Source of the DNA: Geosiphon pyriformis uo1
Lineage: Eukaryota > Fungi > Glomeromycota
Length of the DNA: 64,000 nt
Reading direction: 5' to 3'
NCBI GenBank assembly: GCA_016748015.1
Contig: JAAOMT010000303.1
Location: 186,001-250,000 of the forward strand
This document shows, piece after piece, positions 52,461 through 64,000 of the stretch. The notes under the pieces were generated by a model. The model had not been told where the DNA came from. It worked only from the letters and a program-made list of their open reading frames with translations, and searched no databases. How positions within the stretch are numbered: position 1 is the stretch's first letter; every line of letters begins with the position of its first letter. The position numbers and the translations under genes are program-made.

Positions 52461-52832
52461 TAAGCTTTCCTAATTGTAGCTAATCAACTGTTAATAAAGT
52501 TCGTTTACTTTGATTTACTAGAAAATTGTTAAACCTCTTAGTGTCGCCAAAACTCTGGTTTTTGAGAAGTATCATCTAATATAAATACCATTAAATAAAA
52601 AATAATACTTTTAAATTGACATTTTTAGCAAAATAATGGCCAAGTAAAGAAATTATCCAAAAAAAGGAATTGTAAATTGTTAAATAAGTTTTGTACAAAA
52701 TTATAAGTTAATTTGTCTACTTATCTCAGGTTTGAATCATAAGAATATAAATATGAAAATGAACATCTAGACCATCAATGTTTTCTAAGTTCTATCACAT
52801 TCGTTTCTCCAATCCTAATACAACCCTCTCCT

Positions 52833-55565
52833 CTAGCTCCAGACATCTTCCAGATATTTTCCTTGGTTCCTCAGGTCTTTGACAAAAGAAGTGGCACGAG
52901 CTTCGGCCATTTTTCCATGGTTTTGAGCAATCTGAACAAGCGTTTCATTTACGTCCCGAGCCATGCTTTTGGCATCACTGTCAAAGAGAACATTTAGAAA
53001 TACGCTCAATTGAACAAACGACTTTAGCAAGAGAGGTTCATAGTTACCCGCATACGTAGAAATATGCTCCATGGTTGTAAATTAGATCCCAAATGTATTC
53101 TGCATTTTCGAGAAGACGATGCTGAACATATACTTTTTTATCCTAGGATTTGAAGATTTTCATCAGTTTCTGGCAATGTTTGGTAACAAGGAATCTCAAA
53201 ATATTGAAATACCTGTTCTCTTGAAAATGCGGTGATCAATTTCCCTTTTTCACCAAGTGTGGCAAAGAGCTCCTTTAATTCTTCTGAATATAAAAAATCT
53301 TCATTTGATTTTCTACATCCAAAAAATAATACTGTATCGCCAACTTTTTCCCCTTCTGATTTAAATTTTGCACGCTCGAGCACAAACCCTCTAAATGGTG
53401 CCACACCAGTACCAGGACCAACCATGATAACAGGTGTTTCAAGATCATGAGGCAATTTGAAGTTGTTGTGTCGAACATGTAATGCCAGCTTGATTGTATT
53501 GGTTGACTCGTCATGTAACTTGTTACGTGGTCCTGAATACAGGTAATAAGGTGCTTTGTTAGGGTGTTCAATATTTTCGAGTTTACGATGAACCTGTAAT
53601 AAGTAGTTTGTTGCGAGTCCGTAAACAGTTTTTGTGGGTGTAGTGTGAGGATTATACTTTAGAACTGAAGCAGTAATATGAATAGCGGTGGGTGTGACTT
53701 TGGGGGTACTAGAAATCGAGTAATAACGACATTGTAATCTTGGTAAAGTTTCAATGATTAAATCAAGAGGAATAGCTTCTAAGGGTTTTTCGTTTTGGGA
53801 GACGGATTCGAGCAATTCGCCAAGGGTCAAGTGAGCATCAACTACTTGAATCCGATAAGCCTCCTTATCTTCGCCTAAAGTTGTCAGCTTGGCTTTGCTT
53901 TCTTGCGTTGGCATGTAATTAGCAAGAGTGGCAATGAATTGACGCGAGGCTGGTGCGTGAATATCCAAATAATTTCGGAAAATTGTTGCGTAGGTTGTAG
54001 GAACGGGGAAAGGGTATTTCTTCGATGCTAAAGCTAAATGAGCAAGAAATGGATGTTACAATCACTATTTTAAATGTATCGGAGTGAATAAGCATTTATA
54101 GAGCTTCCAGACTTACGATCCGTGTTTTCGATCATAACTACTTGATCCTTCTTTTCCGAAAGACCTAGAACCTTGAGCAATTTATATACATCTTGCTCAG
54201 GGTTCATGGGCCAAATAGCAACATGATCACCAGATTCGTAGGTAAGACCGGAACCAGTAATATCAAGCTCCATGTGAACACAATTACGATCAAGAACATT
54301 GAAAAGTTCGCGAGAATGACGAATAAATGCCGGATATGGGTGCTTGGCATCATAATTAGGACGCCTGGAAAACAGAGGAGTAGTGTGAAATTTGAATTAT
54401 TTGCATTCCTAGATCAGAAAAGTTTACACTTACGTTCCATTGATCGTGATAGCTTTCTCGTTGAGCTCCCCATAGAACACCTTGTCTTCATCATAAACCT
54501 CCAATTCCTTGATAGAATAGGTGGCAATGTGTCTTCTGGTTTATCAGATTAGGAAATAAGCCAAGATATCCCTCCTTATGGTAACTATGGTCAAATTAAG
54601 TTGGGAATGACTTACCCATTATGCAGTGCATTTTGATCAATATTCATTGCTTCACAGACGGCCTTCCACATCCCCTCTTTCCAACCGAGGAAATCTTCCT
54701 CTAGACTCCCATCATCATCCCCTTCTCCCTTCTCGGCAACTCTTGTTGCTCCCAGTTCTGATAATCTAGTGTCGACTTTTCTTCCAACAGCATTAAAATG
54801 TTCATAGGTTTTATTTCCCAAGGCAAAAACAACATATCTTAAGGATGATAACGGATTTTCATCTGCCTGAATGTTATTAGAGAATTCAGGTGATTCCGAT
54901 ATCATAAGCTCCCAAAATTCTACGGCATCATCAGTCGGCTCACCTTCACCTATTTTAAAACGGATAAATCAAATTCACGTCACCTAAAAAATACTTTTAT
55001 TGGAATTTTATTTGTGGGGACTTCTTCAATTACCGTAGGTGGCCAATAAAAAAAATGCCATACAGTCTTCAGGAAATTGATCCAGTAACTCCATATCACA
55101 GTCTTCAAGGTTGACTGTCATAGTTTTAAGCCCAAAACGTTGTTGTCCTTCCTTTGCTAACCGCGAGGCATAATCTTCAGCAGTCCCTGTTTGGGAACCG
55201 TAAAAAAACACAGCATTCTTATCCTTGACGAGATCAATTTTAGAAGTTGATAAAATAACGCGTGAAATTACTTTGACTTGCATTAACAGCAACGCATAAG
55301 AGTATATCATTGTCTCTGTTATGAGTAGACTCACCTGTTCCTTCATCTTTTGGATGAAGTCTTTATTTTTCTTTTTAGTCATTGACTTTACAGAGGTTGC
55401 AGGTGGGGATGTCTTTTCCTCGCCTCCGAAAATATAAGCTCTGTAGAAATAAAGTGCCCCTAAAATGCCCACTACAAGTAGAATTATGATGTCGAAAATA
55501 TCAACCAGGGCCTCTTCCCGTTGTTGTGCGCCCAGCATTGGATCACTTGAAAAATTTTCGGCCAT
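52833..55565 (-). CDS. NCP1: NADPH-cytochrome P450 reductase, 721 aa; complement(join(52833..52977,53048..53142,53213..54033,54117..54364,54434..54535,54616..54949,55034..55223,55335..55565))
   Basis: N-terminal TM anchor (IIILLVVGILGALYF). FMN motifs FYGSQTGTAEDYA, ATYGEGEPTDDA and FALGNKTYEHFN. FAD motif RYYSISS. NADPH motifs MVGPGTGVAPFRGF, LFFGCR and YVCGDAKSMARDV; C-terminus YLEDVWS*. Seven GT-AG introns give a continuous 2166-nt frame. Confidence 0.96.
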
Positions 55566-56219
55566 TCCCAAGTTATTTACGAAAACTCCGCTATTATAGA
55601 GTCGAAATGATAAAAATTTTCGTAATTCCCAGAATTAAAATAGGTTTATGTGATTATCGAAGATTAGGTAAAGTTTATCAATAAACCATCCAAACAATAT
55701 TCTTTTTGGGATCGGATGAAGAAATAATTTATGCTTCTTTGAACAAAATATTTACAAATGGTTTGGTTTTGGTATTAACTCATCAGATCAATTAAAAATT
55801 TTAAATTAAGAAAGCCTTTTAGATCGTTATTTTTGATTATAATATTAAATTTCAAATAATTAATTAATATATCATATTACTATACAAAAAAATTCATATT
55901 TAAAACCTTATTTTAAAATATTATAATATAAGTTAAAACAAAAAAATAATTTTGTTAATAGTTAATAATATAATGTTTTTTTTATTCAATTTAATGAGTG
56001 TAACCCAACCACATAATGTTAATTACAATAATTTTTTTATGCTTATTAAATGTAGTTTAATTATTATCTATATACATAAATCATATATATGTTTAAAATA
56101 GATGCACTTTATACACTTTTTATATGTGACCAGTTACTTAAGTTAATTAAAACTACCCTTTTTTAGCAAATCTAAACCCTAAATTATAACAGATTTTCCA
56201 AAATCCTTGTTTAAATTTG

Positions 56220-56296
56220 GTTAAAATTTAATATTATAAGTACTATCATTAGTTAAAATTTAATATTATAAGTACTATCATTAGTTAAAATTTAAT
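56220..56296. repeat. 32-bp tandem duplication (about 2.4 copies)
   Basis: gttaaaatttaatattataagtactatcatta repeated exactly, plus a partial third copy. Confidence 0.85.
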
Positions 56297-56621
56297 CCAA
56301 ATTTATTTCTTAATTATTATAATTAGATTATACAATATTTAATTATTTAACAATATAAATTTTACATTTATCTTAAAAAATAGTGTTAAAATTCAAAATA
56401 ATATTATCTAAAATATGTATATAAAAAGTTTTTTTTATAAAAAGAATTTTACAATTAAAATAAATACTATTTATTAAACCAAATATTTTTTTTTTAAATT
56501 ATATTTAATAAAACTAAAAAAAATTTAAAATAAAAATTGGCTATTTTTATAAACACAATAATCAAAAAATAAAATTATTATTAATATTAAAAATTAAAAA
56601 ACAAAAATAATTTTTAATTAT

Positions 56622-57495
56622 TATTATATATTAAAATAACAAGTTAACAGATAGCAAAATAAAACAGAATTATATAATAATAAATTTAATAAAAAAAAAT
56701 TCAACTTTAAAGAGTGTATTAAATTATTATGAATTCAATATATAAGATTTGTCTTATAAATATCTTAGTTACTATTTTTTTCAAAAATAATAAAAAAATC
56801 CAAAAATCCAAAAATAATTTATATTGTTAATAAAAAATAATACATTAATATAATTCTATGTTTTATATTATTACTTTTAAAATTCAATATTAAATATTAA
56901 TTATACTTTTTAGTAATATATATTTAATAATCTTTAAGACTAATAATTATAAATAAATATTAACAAATAATTTTTTATTCACAAATGTTTAAATACCTAA
57001 AAAAATTAAGAAAAAAAAATAAGCAAATTGAAAAAAATTGAATATTTAAAAATACATTACTTATATAATTATTTAAAATAATTAACAATCAAATTAATAA
57101 TTAAATTAATAATTAGGTTATTAATTACTTTTTAAAAATGAAGTAGCTAATTATATAGTATTAATAATTAATATATATAATAATTAATAAAAACTATGAT
57201 TTTTAATCATAATATTATCTTTTTTAAAAAGATTAAGCTCTAACAAAATTAAATTATTTATAAAATATTCTAATTATAAAGTTTTATTTAACTTAAAACT
57301 AACTGGTTTAATAAAGTTTTTTATTAATAAGATATATAAAATTTAAAGTAAAATAAATTTTGTATTTAAAAAATTAAATTTTCGTATAAAAGTTTTAGTT
57401 TTTTAACAATAGTTAAAACTCTTGAAATATTTAATTATATATAATTTAAAATTTTCACTTATATTTTTAAAGTTGTTTTTTTAAGAGCTTTATAT
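56622..57495 (-). mobile_element. Old family D element: 3' LTR (56622-57214) and the end of ORF3
   Basis: An AT-shifted, colinear copy of 60767-61715 (e.g. aagttaacagatagcaaaa, aaaagattaagctc, atagttaaaactcttga). Confidence 0.8.
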
Positions 57496-60400
57496 TATTA
57501 TTAGCTAAAATTTAAAATATTAATTAACATAAAATTATTTTTATAATTTCTATTACTAATTAAAATATATTATTGTTTTAATTTATTACTTATTATTTTA
57601 TTAAATTATTCGAATTATTATTTAATTAATAATTCAATTTATACAGAACACAAATAAAACCAAATTATAATAATCAGATTATATACTATACTAAATTATA
57701 TAACATTCAAAATTTACTAAAATATTTAATAATTTAACAAAATATTTAACAGTTTATTAAAATAGTTTATAATTTACAAAAATAACTTATGTTTAACAAA
57801 ATATATTTTTAGTTCATTAAAATATTAGAAAAAAAAATACTAAATTATAAAATAATATTATAACAAGTTGTATAAAAAAAAGCTTTTTTCTTTAAATAAT
57901 ATATGTTTTACTAAATATCTTAATTAAAATCATCTTTTGTACAAATCTATTCAAATAAAACATTATTTTGAAAAACATAAAAATTTTTAATTATTATTAT
58001 TCAAAATTAATATTTTGAAAATAATTAGCTATTAATTTATGTAATTATTAGTAATTTTAGGTTTAGATCTAAAGCAACTTTGCTAACATATTTTTTATTT
58101 TTTTTCTTTTAGTTTATTTTTTTTATTTTTTTATTTTTATTTTCTTTATATTATTAAGTAGTTTATAGTCAAAATTTTTTCTAAAAGAATTTACTTTTAC
58201 AGCAAAATAACTACATATTATTAAAAAGCTTACAAATGTAATTTTTTTGTAAAAAAATTGATTTTTATCACAATATAACTATATAAATAATTGACATAAA
58301 ATTGGCCATTTTATTATAAATTCAATAGCAATACAATTTAAAGTATAAAAAAATACTTTGAAAAAAGAATTAACTTATTAAAAATTTATTAATTTCTATT
58401 AATAGCAAAATTAACAGCAAAATAATATTAACAACATTAAAAAAAATGTAGAAAATTTCTGATAACATTTGGTGCTTTCTTAAAAATAAAATAATAACAA
58501 TTAAATTAAAGTAATAACTGTATTTAACATAATAATTTTAAAATATTATCAGTTAATTTATATTCATTGTAAACAATGATTTAAAATCTGAAATAAAATT
58601 ACAGCTTTTAAGAAAACACTTTTTTAATATATTAAAAATCGAATCAATAAATATCTTTTTGAAAATTACAATATTACAGAAGTTAAAAAAAATCTGCTTG
58701 AAAACTTAATTTACTACTTAAATAAAAACCTAAAAACTATTAGTACAAATGCTTATATTACTAATTTTGAAGAACTTAACTATAATATTATCAAGTTTTG
58801 TAAAAAAAATATCTTGCCAACTCACAATTTATTTTTGAACTTGAATCTAAATCTAAAACTAGTAGTAAAAATAAAACAAAAAACACTAAATCAGTTTATA
58901 TAATACTTAATACACCAAAAACAATCTTTTAATATTTGAAAATATTTAAACAAAAAACTAATGCCAAACTATTACTTTTAATCACACTTTTTCTAGTTTC
59001 ACTTACTTAAACACAAATATTAAACTTATTATTTAACCAATTTTCAAGACCAAAAAATTTTACCAAAAACCTTATTTAGTAGTTAAAACTAATCTATACT
59101 AGTATTAACTTTTTTAATTATTTAGCCAAAAACCAAAATAAATATTCAAAAACTCTAGCCAACAAAGAAAATTTTTTTGAATTCATTGAAAAAAAAAAAA
59201 AAAAAAAAAAAAAAACTATGAACAATAAAAAAAAAAATAATAAAAAAATAACTACTGTTTATATTGCAAAAATTCCTGAGTTTTTTAAAAAAAACACTAA
59301 AACCAGTTCTTAAAAATGGCTTAATCAAGTTATTAAAGCAAAAAATACAAATAGATAGAATACAGCAAAAATATTATGAACTATTTTTTATTTTTTTAAA
59401 GAAATTACAGACAAATAATTCAAAAATTTGGTTACTTTTTTTGTAGATTGGCCAGTCTTTAAAACTGCTTTTCTTAAACAATTTACAGACAACAATACTT
59501 TAATTACTCTTTAAAATTATTTCCAAAATATTAAGCAGAAATTATTTAAATCTGTTATAATTTATATAAGAAAGTTTAACAAACTTTTCAGAAAAATTTG
59601 ACAATTAAAAACCAATGCTTACTATTTTAATGCTTAAGTTTTAGATCAATTTATTGTTGATCTAAAGAATAAATTAATCAAGAAAGTTTATCTATATGTT
59701 TTAACAAATTTAATTACTGCTATTTAATATATTAAAAACTATAAAATAACTATAAAAAAAGCAAACTGCACTAAATTTGTTAATTTAGCTATTGAAAAAA
59801 CCACTTAACAATTAAAAAAAATCAACTAACTTACTAAGAAAGTTAAAACAAACTTTGCTAATTAACAATAAAAATATTTACTTCAACAAAAAAACCAAAG
59901 AAACTTTTTATTATTTAATAACAACCAATAATTAAATTATTATTATTGTAAAATTTCTGAATATTGAAAACATGATTGCAGAAAAATATAAAAAACCAGC
60001 AAAAACAGAATAATTAACATTATTTTTTACTATAACAGCAATTTTATAATCTATTATTATCTATTTATTATTTATTAAAATTTTAATCTAATTATTATCA
60101 ATTTGTTCTATTACAACAATAGTATTATTAATTACTTTTAATTTAAAATTATTAATTATTAGCAAAAAAGTTGGTTCAAACCAATCAATTTATATTACAA
60201 AACTGTTTTAATTAAACAATAACAGATTTGGTTTTAATAATTAATTGGTATTTTACAACAATAATCAACAGCTATTCAGACATTTTTACATTCAATTCAA
60301 TTATTTTACAATGCCAAAAAATCAAAATTTTTATTATACTATATTTTTAGAAAATAAAATTACAATACAATAGCAAAACTTTTTTTTAAATAATATCACA

Positions 60401-60766
60401 ATTCTATTAACAAAAATAACCAAAAATGTAAATATCTTAAACATCTTTTTATTTAAATTTAAAGCTAACAAATCATATTTTTTACTTAGCAATACAATAG
60501 CTTCAAAACAAAAAATAATTACAGCAATATATATTAAAACTAAAATTAAAAGAAAATTAATTTAATTAATTCTAGATAATAGATCTATTAAAAACATTAT
60601 TATCTATTAGTTAATACAAAAACTTAAATAAAATGTTAATAGATCTGCCTAAACAGTAATCATTACTTTTAATAACATAAAAAAACATCAGTAAGAAAAA
60701 TTGACAATTTCTTTTTTATAATTAATGAAATTACTATTTTTGTTAAAGTTTTTATTATAAATATAC
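57496..60766 (+). mobile_element. Old family B element: 5' LTR (57496-58467), PBS, gag and protease remnants
   Basis: The LTR ends gataaca and is followed by tttggtgctttct. Remnants YIAKIPEF, LDQFI and ILDNRS are colinear with B1. It is cut in the protease by the LTR at 60767. Confidence 0.8.
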
Positions 60767-63700
60767 TGTTACAGGTTGGAGTAACAAGTTAACGGATAGC
60801 AAAAGAGAACAGAATTGTAGAATAATGGAAATAATCAAAAGAAATTCAACTTCAAAGAGTGAATTGAATAAGTATGAATTCAATGTGCAAGATTAGTCTC
60901 ATAAAATATCTCAGTCACTATACTTTTCAAAGATAACTGGGGAATCTGAAAGTAGAGGAATAGTCCATACTGTCAACAATTAATCACACCTGGTATAATT
61001 CTATGCCTCACATTGGCGCTCTTAGAATTCAATATCAAGTATTAAATATACTCTTTAGTCATGTTTTATTCAATAATTTTTAAATGCTGCAATTACATGT
61101 TTTAGGAAAAGGGTAAAGAATAACCAACAAGTAATCTTTTATCTTTAAGATGTTCAGATACTTGAAAGTAGGGAAAGGGAAATTAGTAATAAGAGAAGAA
61201 TTGAGATGAAGTTGTTATTTTATTTTTTTATTTCTTTTTGATTCTTATATGCTTTTTTACAGCTAAGAGATTCATTGCTTATATAATTGTTAAAAGTGGT
61301 TAATGATCAAGTCAATGATTAAGTCAATGATCAGATCAATGATTACTTACTAAAAATAGAGTGGCTAATTTATATGACATTAGTGGCTAATATATGTAAT
61401 AATTAATAAGAAATATAAGTTTCAACTATAACATTATTCTCTCCAAAAAGATTAAGCTCCAGCAAAATTAAGCTATTTATGGTGTAATCTATTGGAAGAA
61501 TTTTATCTAACTCAAAGCTAACTAGTTTGTTAAAGTCTTTTGTTGATAAAGTATATAATACTTGAAGCAAAATGAGTTTTGTATCCAGGAGACCAAATCT
61601 TTGTATTAGAGTTTTGGCTCTTTTAGCAATAGTTAAAACTCTTGAGACATCTAACTGTATAATGCCCAAAATTTCTGTCTGCATCTCTAAAGTTGTTTTC
61701 TTTATGAGTTTTATATCCTCTATGATTTTACCAAAACAATCATAGAGTTCTAATTGCCTTTCATATAACAAGTTTTTGTCTATAAGTAAGATTTCTTGAA
61801 GTGTTTTTCCAATTGTGTTGAAAGGTGGAAGTATAACTGCTGTTATACTTTCCAACAGATATTTATCCATTTTACTACCAATTCTTTCTCTTCTGGTAAT
61901 AGTTTTCTTTGGTCTAATAACAGTATATGTTCCACTGTATTCAGTTATGGTGGTTTGTTTTCTAATAGTCAGAGTAGCATTTGGATAGTTTTTGATCCAA
62001 TACTCATGAAGAATATAGAAGGCATTTTGAATGTTTTGATCCAAAAAATAATTGTTCATGTTAATTAAAAATACCTCTGTTTTGGGAATGGTGCATTTAT
62101 TTATACTTGATTTTTGCTGATTATTTGAATTAGTATTACCAAAATAGGCAGCCAATCAGGTCATTTATGATATTTTTTAAGTCGTGTACTGTGAACAGGA
62201 CAATTATTGAAGATTGTTCCAGATTGATCTTGAAGAATATAAGAATCATTGTTTAAAACTTTGTTGACTATAAAGGGTTCTTTCTATTAGCTAAAGAATT
62301 TATTACCATAAATATTGTCTTTATCTGAATGGTATTTCAATACCAAGTCACCAACACTTAAAGAAAATATTTTATAGGTTTTCTTTTTCTTAAACTTTTT
62401 TTGGAACTGTTTTATCTTTTCAAAAGCAATTATTCGTGCTTCTACCAAGGAGTCAAGAATGATACCAAGTCTTTTTTGTAAAATGTCTTTGTAATTTCCT
62501 ATTGTGATCTCTTTAAAGAGTATTGTTTCAATATCAGTTTCTATTGGTAGTGTTGCCATGTGTTTATAGAGCAGATAAAAAGATTCATAACTTGTTATGT
62601 CATGATTTACAGTTCTATAAGCAAACAAAGCTGAAGACAGTACTTTGTCCCATAAGTTTGTTTCTTTACTGGTTTTGGCTAGGGTTTTACATAATGTTCT
62701 ATTAAAATGTTCTACTAGGCCATTTGTTTGGAGGTAATAAGAGAAAGAAAGTTTATGACGTATTCTCATTTTTCTACAAAGTTCTTCAACCAGTGTACTG
62801 AGAAAAGCTCTTTTTCTATCAGATAAAAGTTCTTTGAAACAGCCATAACAGTAAATAATATCTTCATAAATGAAATTGGTTATTAAGACTGCTGTTTGGT
62901 CTGGGGTGGCTCTTGCTTCTACTCACTTTGTAAGATAGTTGGTAGTTGTAATAATATATCTGTTGCTATCAAGAGTGATTGTTAAAGATCCAACAACATC
63001 TATACCAATTCTGTCAAAGAGTTGACCAACAGAGATTGGTTGGATGTTTTCTTTGTGATTGGGTTTGCCTCTTCTTTGGCAGATGTTATAGGTTTTAATG
63101 TATTCAGCAATGTCTTTTCTTAAGATAGGCCAATAATAACAAACTAAAGTTTTCTGAATTGTTTTTGTTTTTCTAAAGTGTTCAGCTAATGGGTCAGTGT
63201 GCATGTTATATATTACAATTTCTTTTTCTTCAAATCTGATGACTCTTTGGAAGCAGTCAAAATCTTTTCTGTTTCTTTTATATAATTGGTTCTAGTGGAT
63301 CAAATAGAAATTTGATTGTTTGTGTAAATGTTTTCTTTGCTGTCAAGTGTATTCTGATGGGTGTTGTCCTTTACCCAAAAATTCTATTAAAGCAGAGTAA
63401 TTGTCCAAGTCCATTATTGTGTTTGTTTTTATAAAGGAATTACTAATAATTAAGTTGGTTTGGTTTGAGAGGTTGTACTGTCACTGAATAGTAAGTCTAA
63501 ATAAAATGTTAGTGTTTTGATAATTTGCTCCTTTGTGGTGTTGAATATTATAGTCAAATTCATCTAAGTGGAGTATTCAGCGAGTTATTTATTTGTGTTT
63601 CAGCTTCTTTTTCTTGCACAGCCAAACCAAGGCTTGATGATCTGTTACCACTAAGAATTTTGTACCAAGAAGATATTGATTCCAGTAGTTAGTAGCCCAA

Positions 63701-64000
63701 ACTACTGCTACGCATTTCTGTTCTGTAACTGAATAGTTTTTTTTTGCTGGTGTGAAGAATTTACTGGCATATGCTATGGCATGTTCTCTGCCATTTTCAT
63801 TTTTCTGTGAAAGGACAGCACCAAGTCCATAGCCAGATGTATCAGTGTGGAGAATAAAAGATTGGTCCAGATCAGGTTGTTTGAGAATTGGTTCAGTAAC
63901 AAGTTTTTTCTTCAGAAATTCAAAAGCTTTTTGTTGATGAGTGCCTTAGTGATAATTGACATTTTTTCTGAGTAGCTGATTAAGAAGAAAGGCGATTTTG
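60767..64000 (-). mobile_element. Younger family D Ty3/gypsy element (3' LTR 60767-61433, ORF3, integrase, RNase H), running off the window
   Basis: tgttac...ataaca LTR; PPT ggagagaataa at 61434-61444. Integrase ~62170-63414 (HTDPLAEHF...ICQRR, IGIDVVG, YLQTNGLVEHFNRT). RNase H LHTDTSGYGLGAVLSQ...LVVTDHQAL at 63481-63900. Confidence 0.92.
61403..62155 (-). CDS. Family D accessory ORF3 (250-aa open frame; first ATG at MNNYFL)
   Basis: Uninterrupted ORF between integrase and the 3' LTR. YDCFGKII, IAKRAKTLIQRFG and LYTLSTKDFNKLV align by eye to ORF3 of families A and B. Confidence 0.7.
   Translation of the reverse strand: MAAYFGNTNSNNQQKSSINKCTIPKTEVFLINMNNYFLDQNIQNAFYILHEYWIKNYPNATLTIRKQTTITEYSGTYTVIRPKKTITRRERIGSKMDKYLLESITAVILPPFNTIGKTLQEILLIDKNLLYERQLELYDCFGKIIEDIKLIKKTTLEMQTEILGIIQLDVSRVLTIAKRAKTLIQRFGLLDTKLILLQVLYTLSTKDFNKLVSFELDKILPIDYTINSLILLELNLFGENNVIVETYISY

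Larger units (their letters stand above)
50180..52546 (+). mobile_element. Decayed IS607-family element: serine-recombinase tnpA plus Fanzor2 (TnpB-like); ends approximate
   Basis: Adjacent, overlapping tnpA and TnpB-family remnants in the IS607 order. The block is GC/CpG-richer and sits between two convergent host genes. Confidence 0.85.

Noticed and set aside
56172-56182. taaaccctaaa telomere-like motif
   Set aside because: A single unit in AT-rich DNA with no array.
59189-59235. Long poly(A) run suggesting a retroposed tail
   Set aside because: It sits at the position of the Glu-rich gag linker of family B (compare SEETESEQREATENE in B1) and is best explained by G>A decay.

Overview
AT-rich eukaryotic (fungal) DNA. 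The intron style and repeat content suggest Glomeromycotina, possibly Geosiphon-like; this is inference. About 85% of the window is a nest of decayed retroelements. There are at least eight Ty3/gypsy LTR-retrotransposon insertions from three main families (called A, B and D here), several isolated LTRs, and two fragments of an RNase H-bearing LINE. All are riddled with C>T/G>A transitions. Families A and B run LTR, PBS, gag, protease, Cys-rich domain, dUTPase, RT, RNase H, stop, a separately initiated integrase ORF, a conserved accessory ORF3, PPT, LTR. The visible 3' half of family D matches this order. A CpG-rich gene island (~49.2-55.7 kb) holds two intact, convergent, intron-containing host genes: TRM112 (+) and NADPH-cytochrome P450 reductase (-). 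Between them lies a decayed IS607-type element that the ORF track largely misses. It consists of a serine-recombinase tnpA overlapping a Fanzor2/TnpB-like RNA-guided nuclease gene, followed by a candidate omegaRNA region. All coordinates and translations were read by eye; no searches were run.
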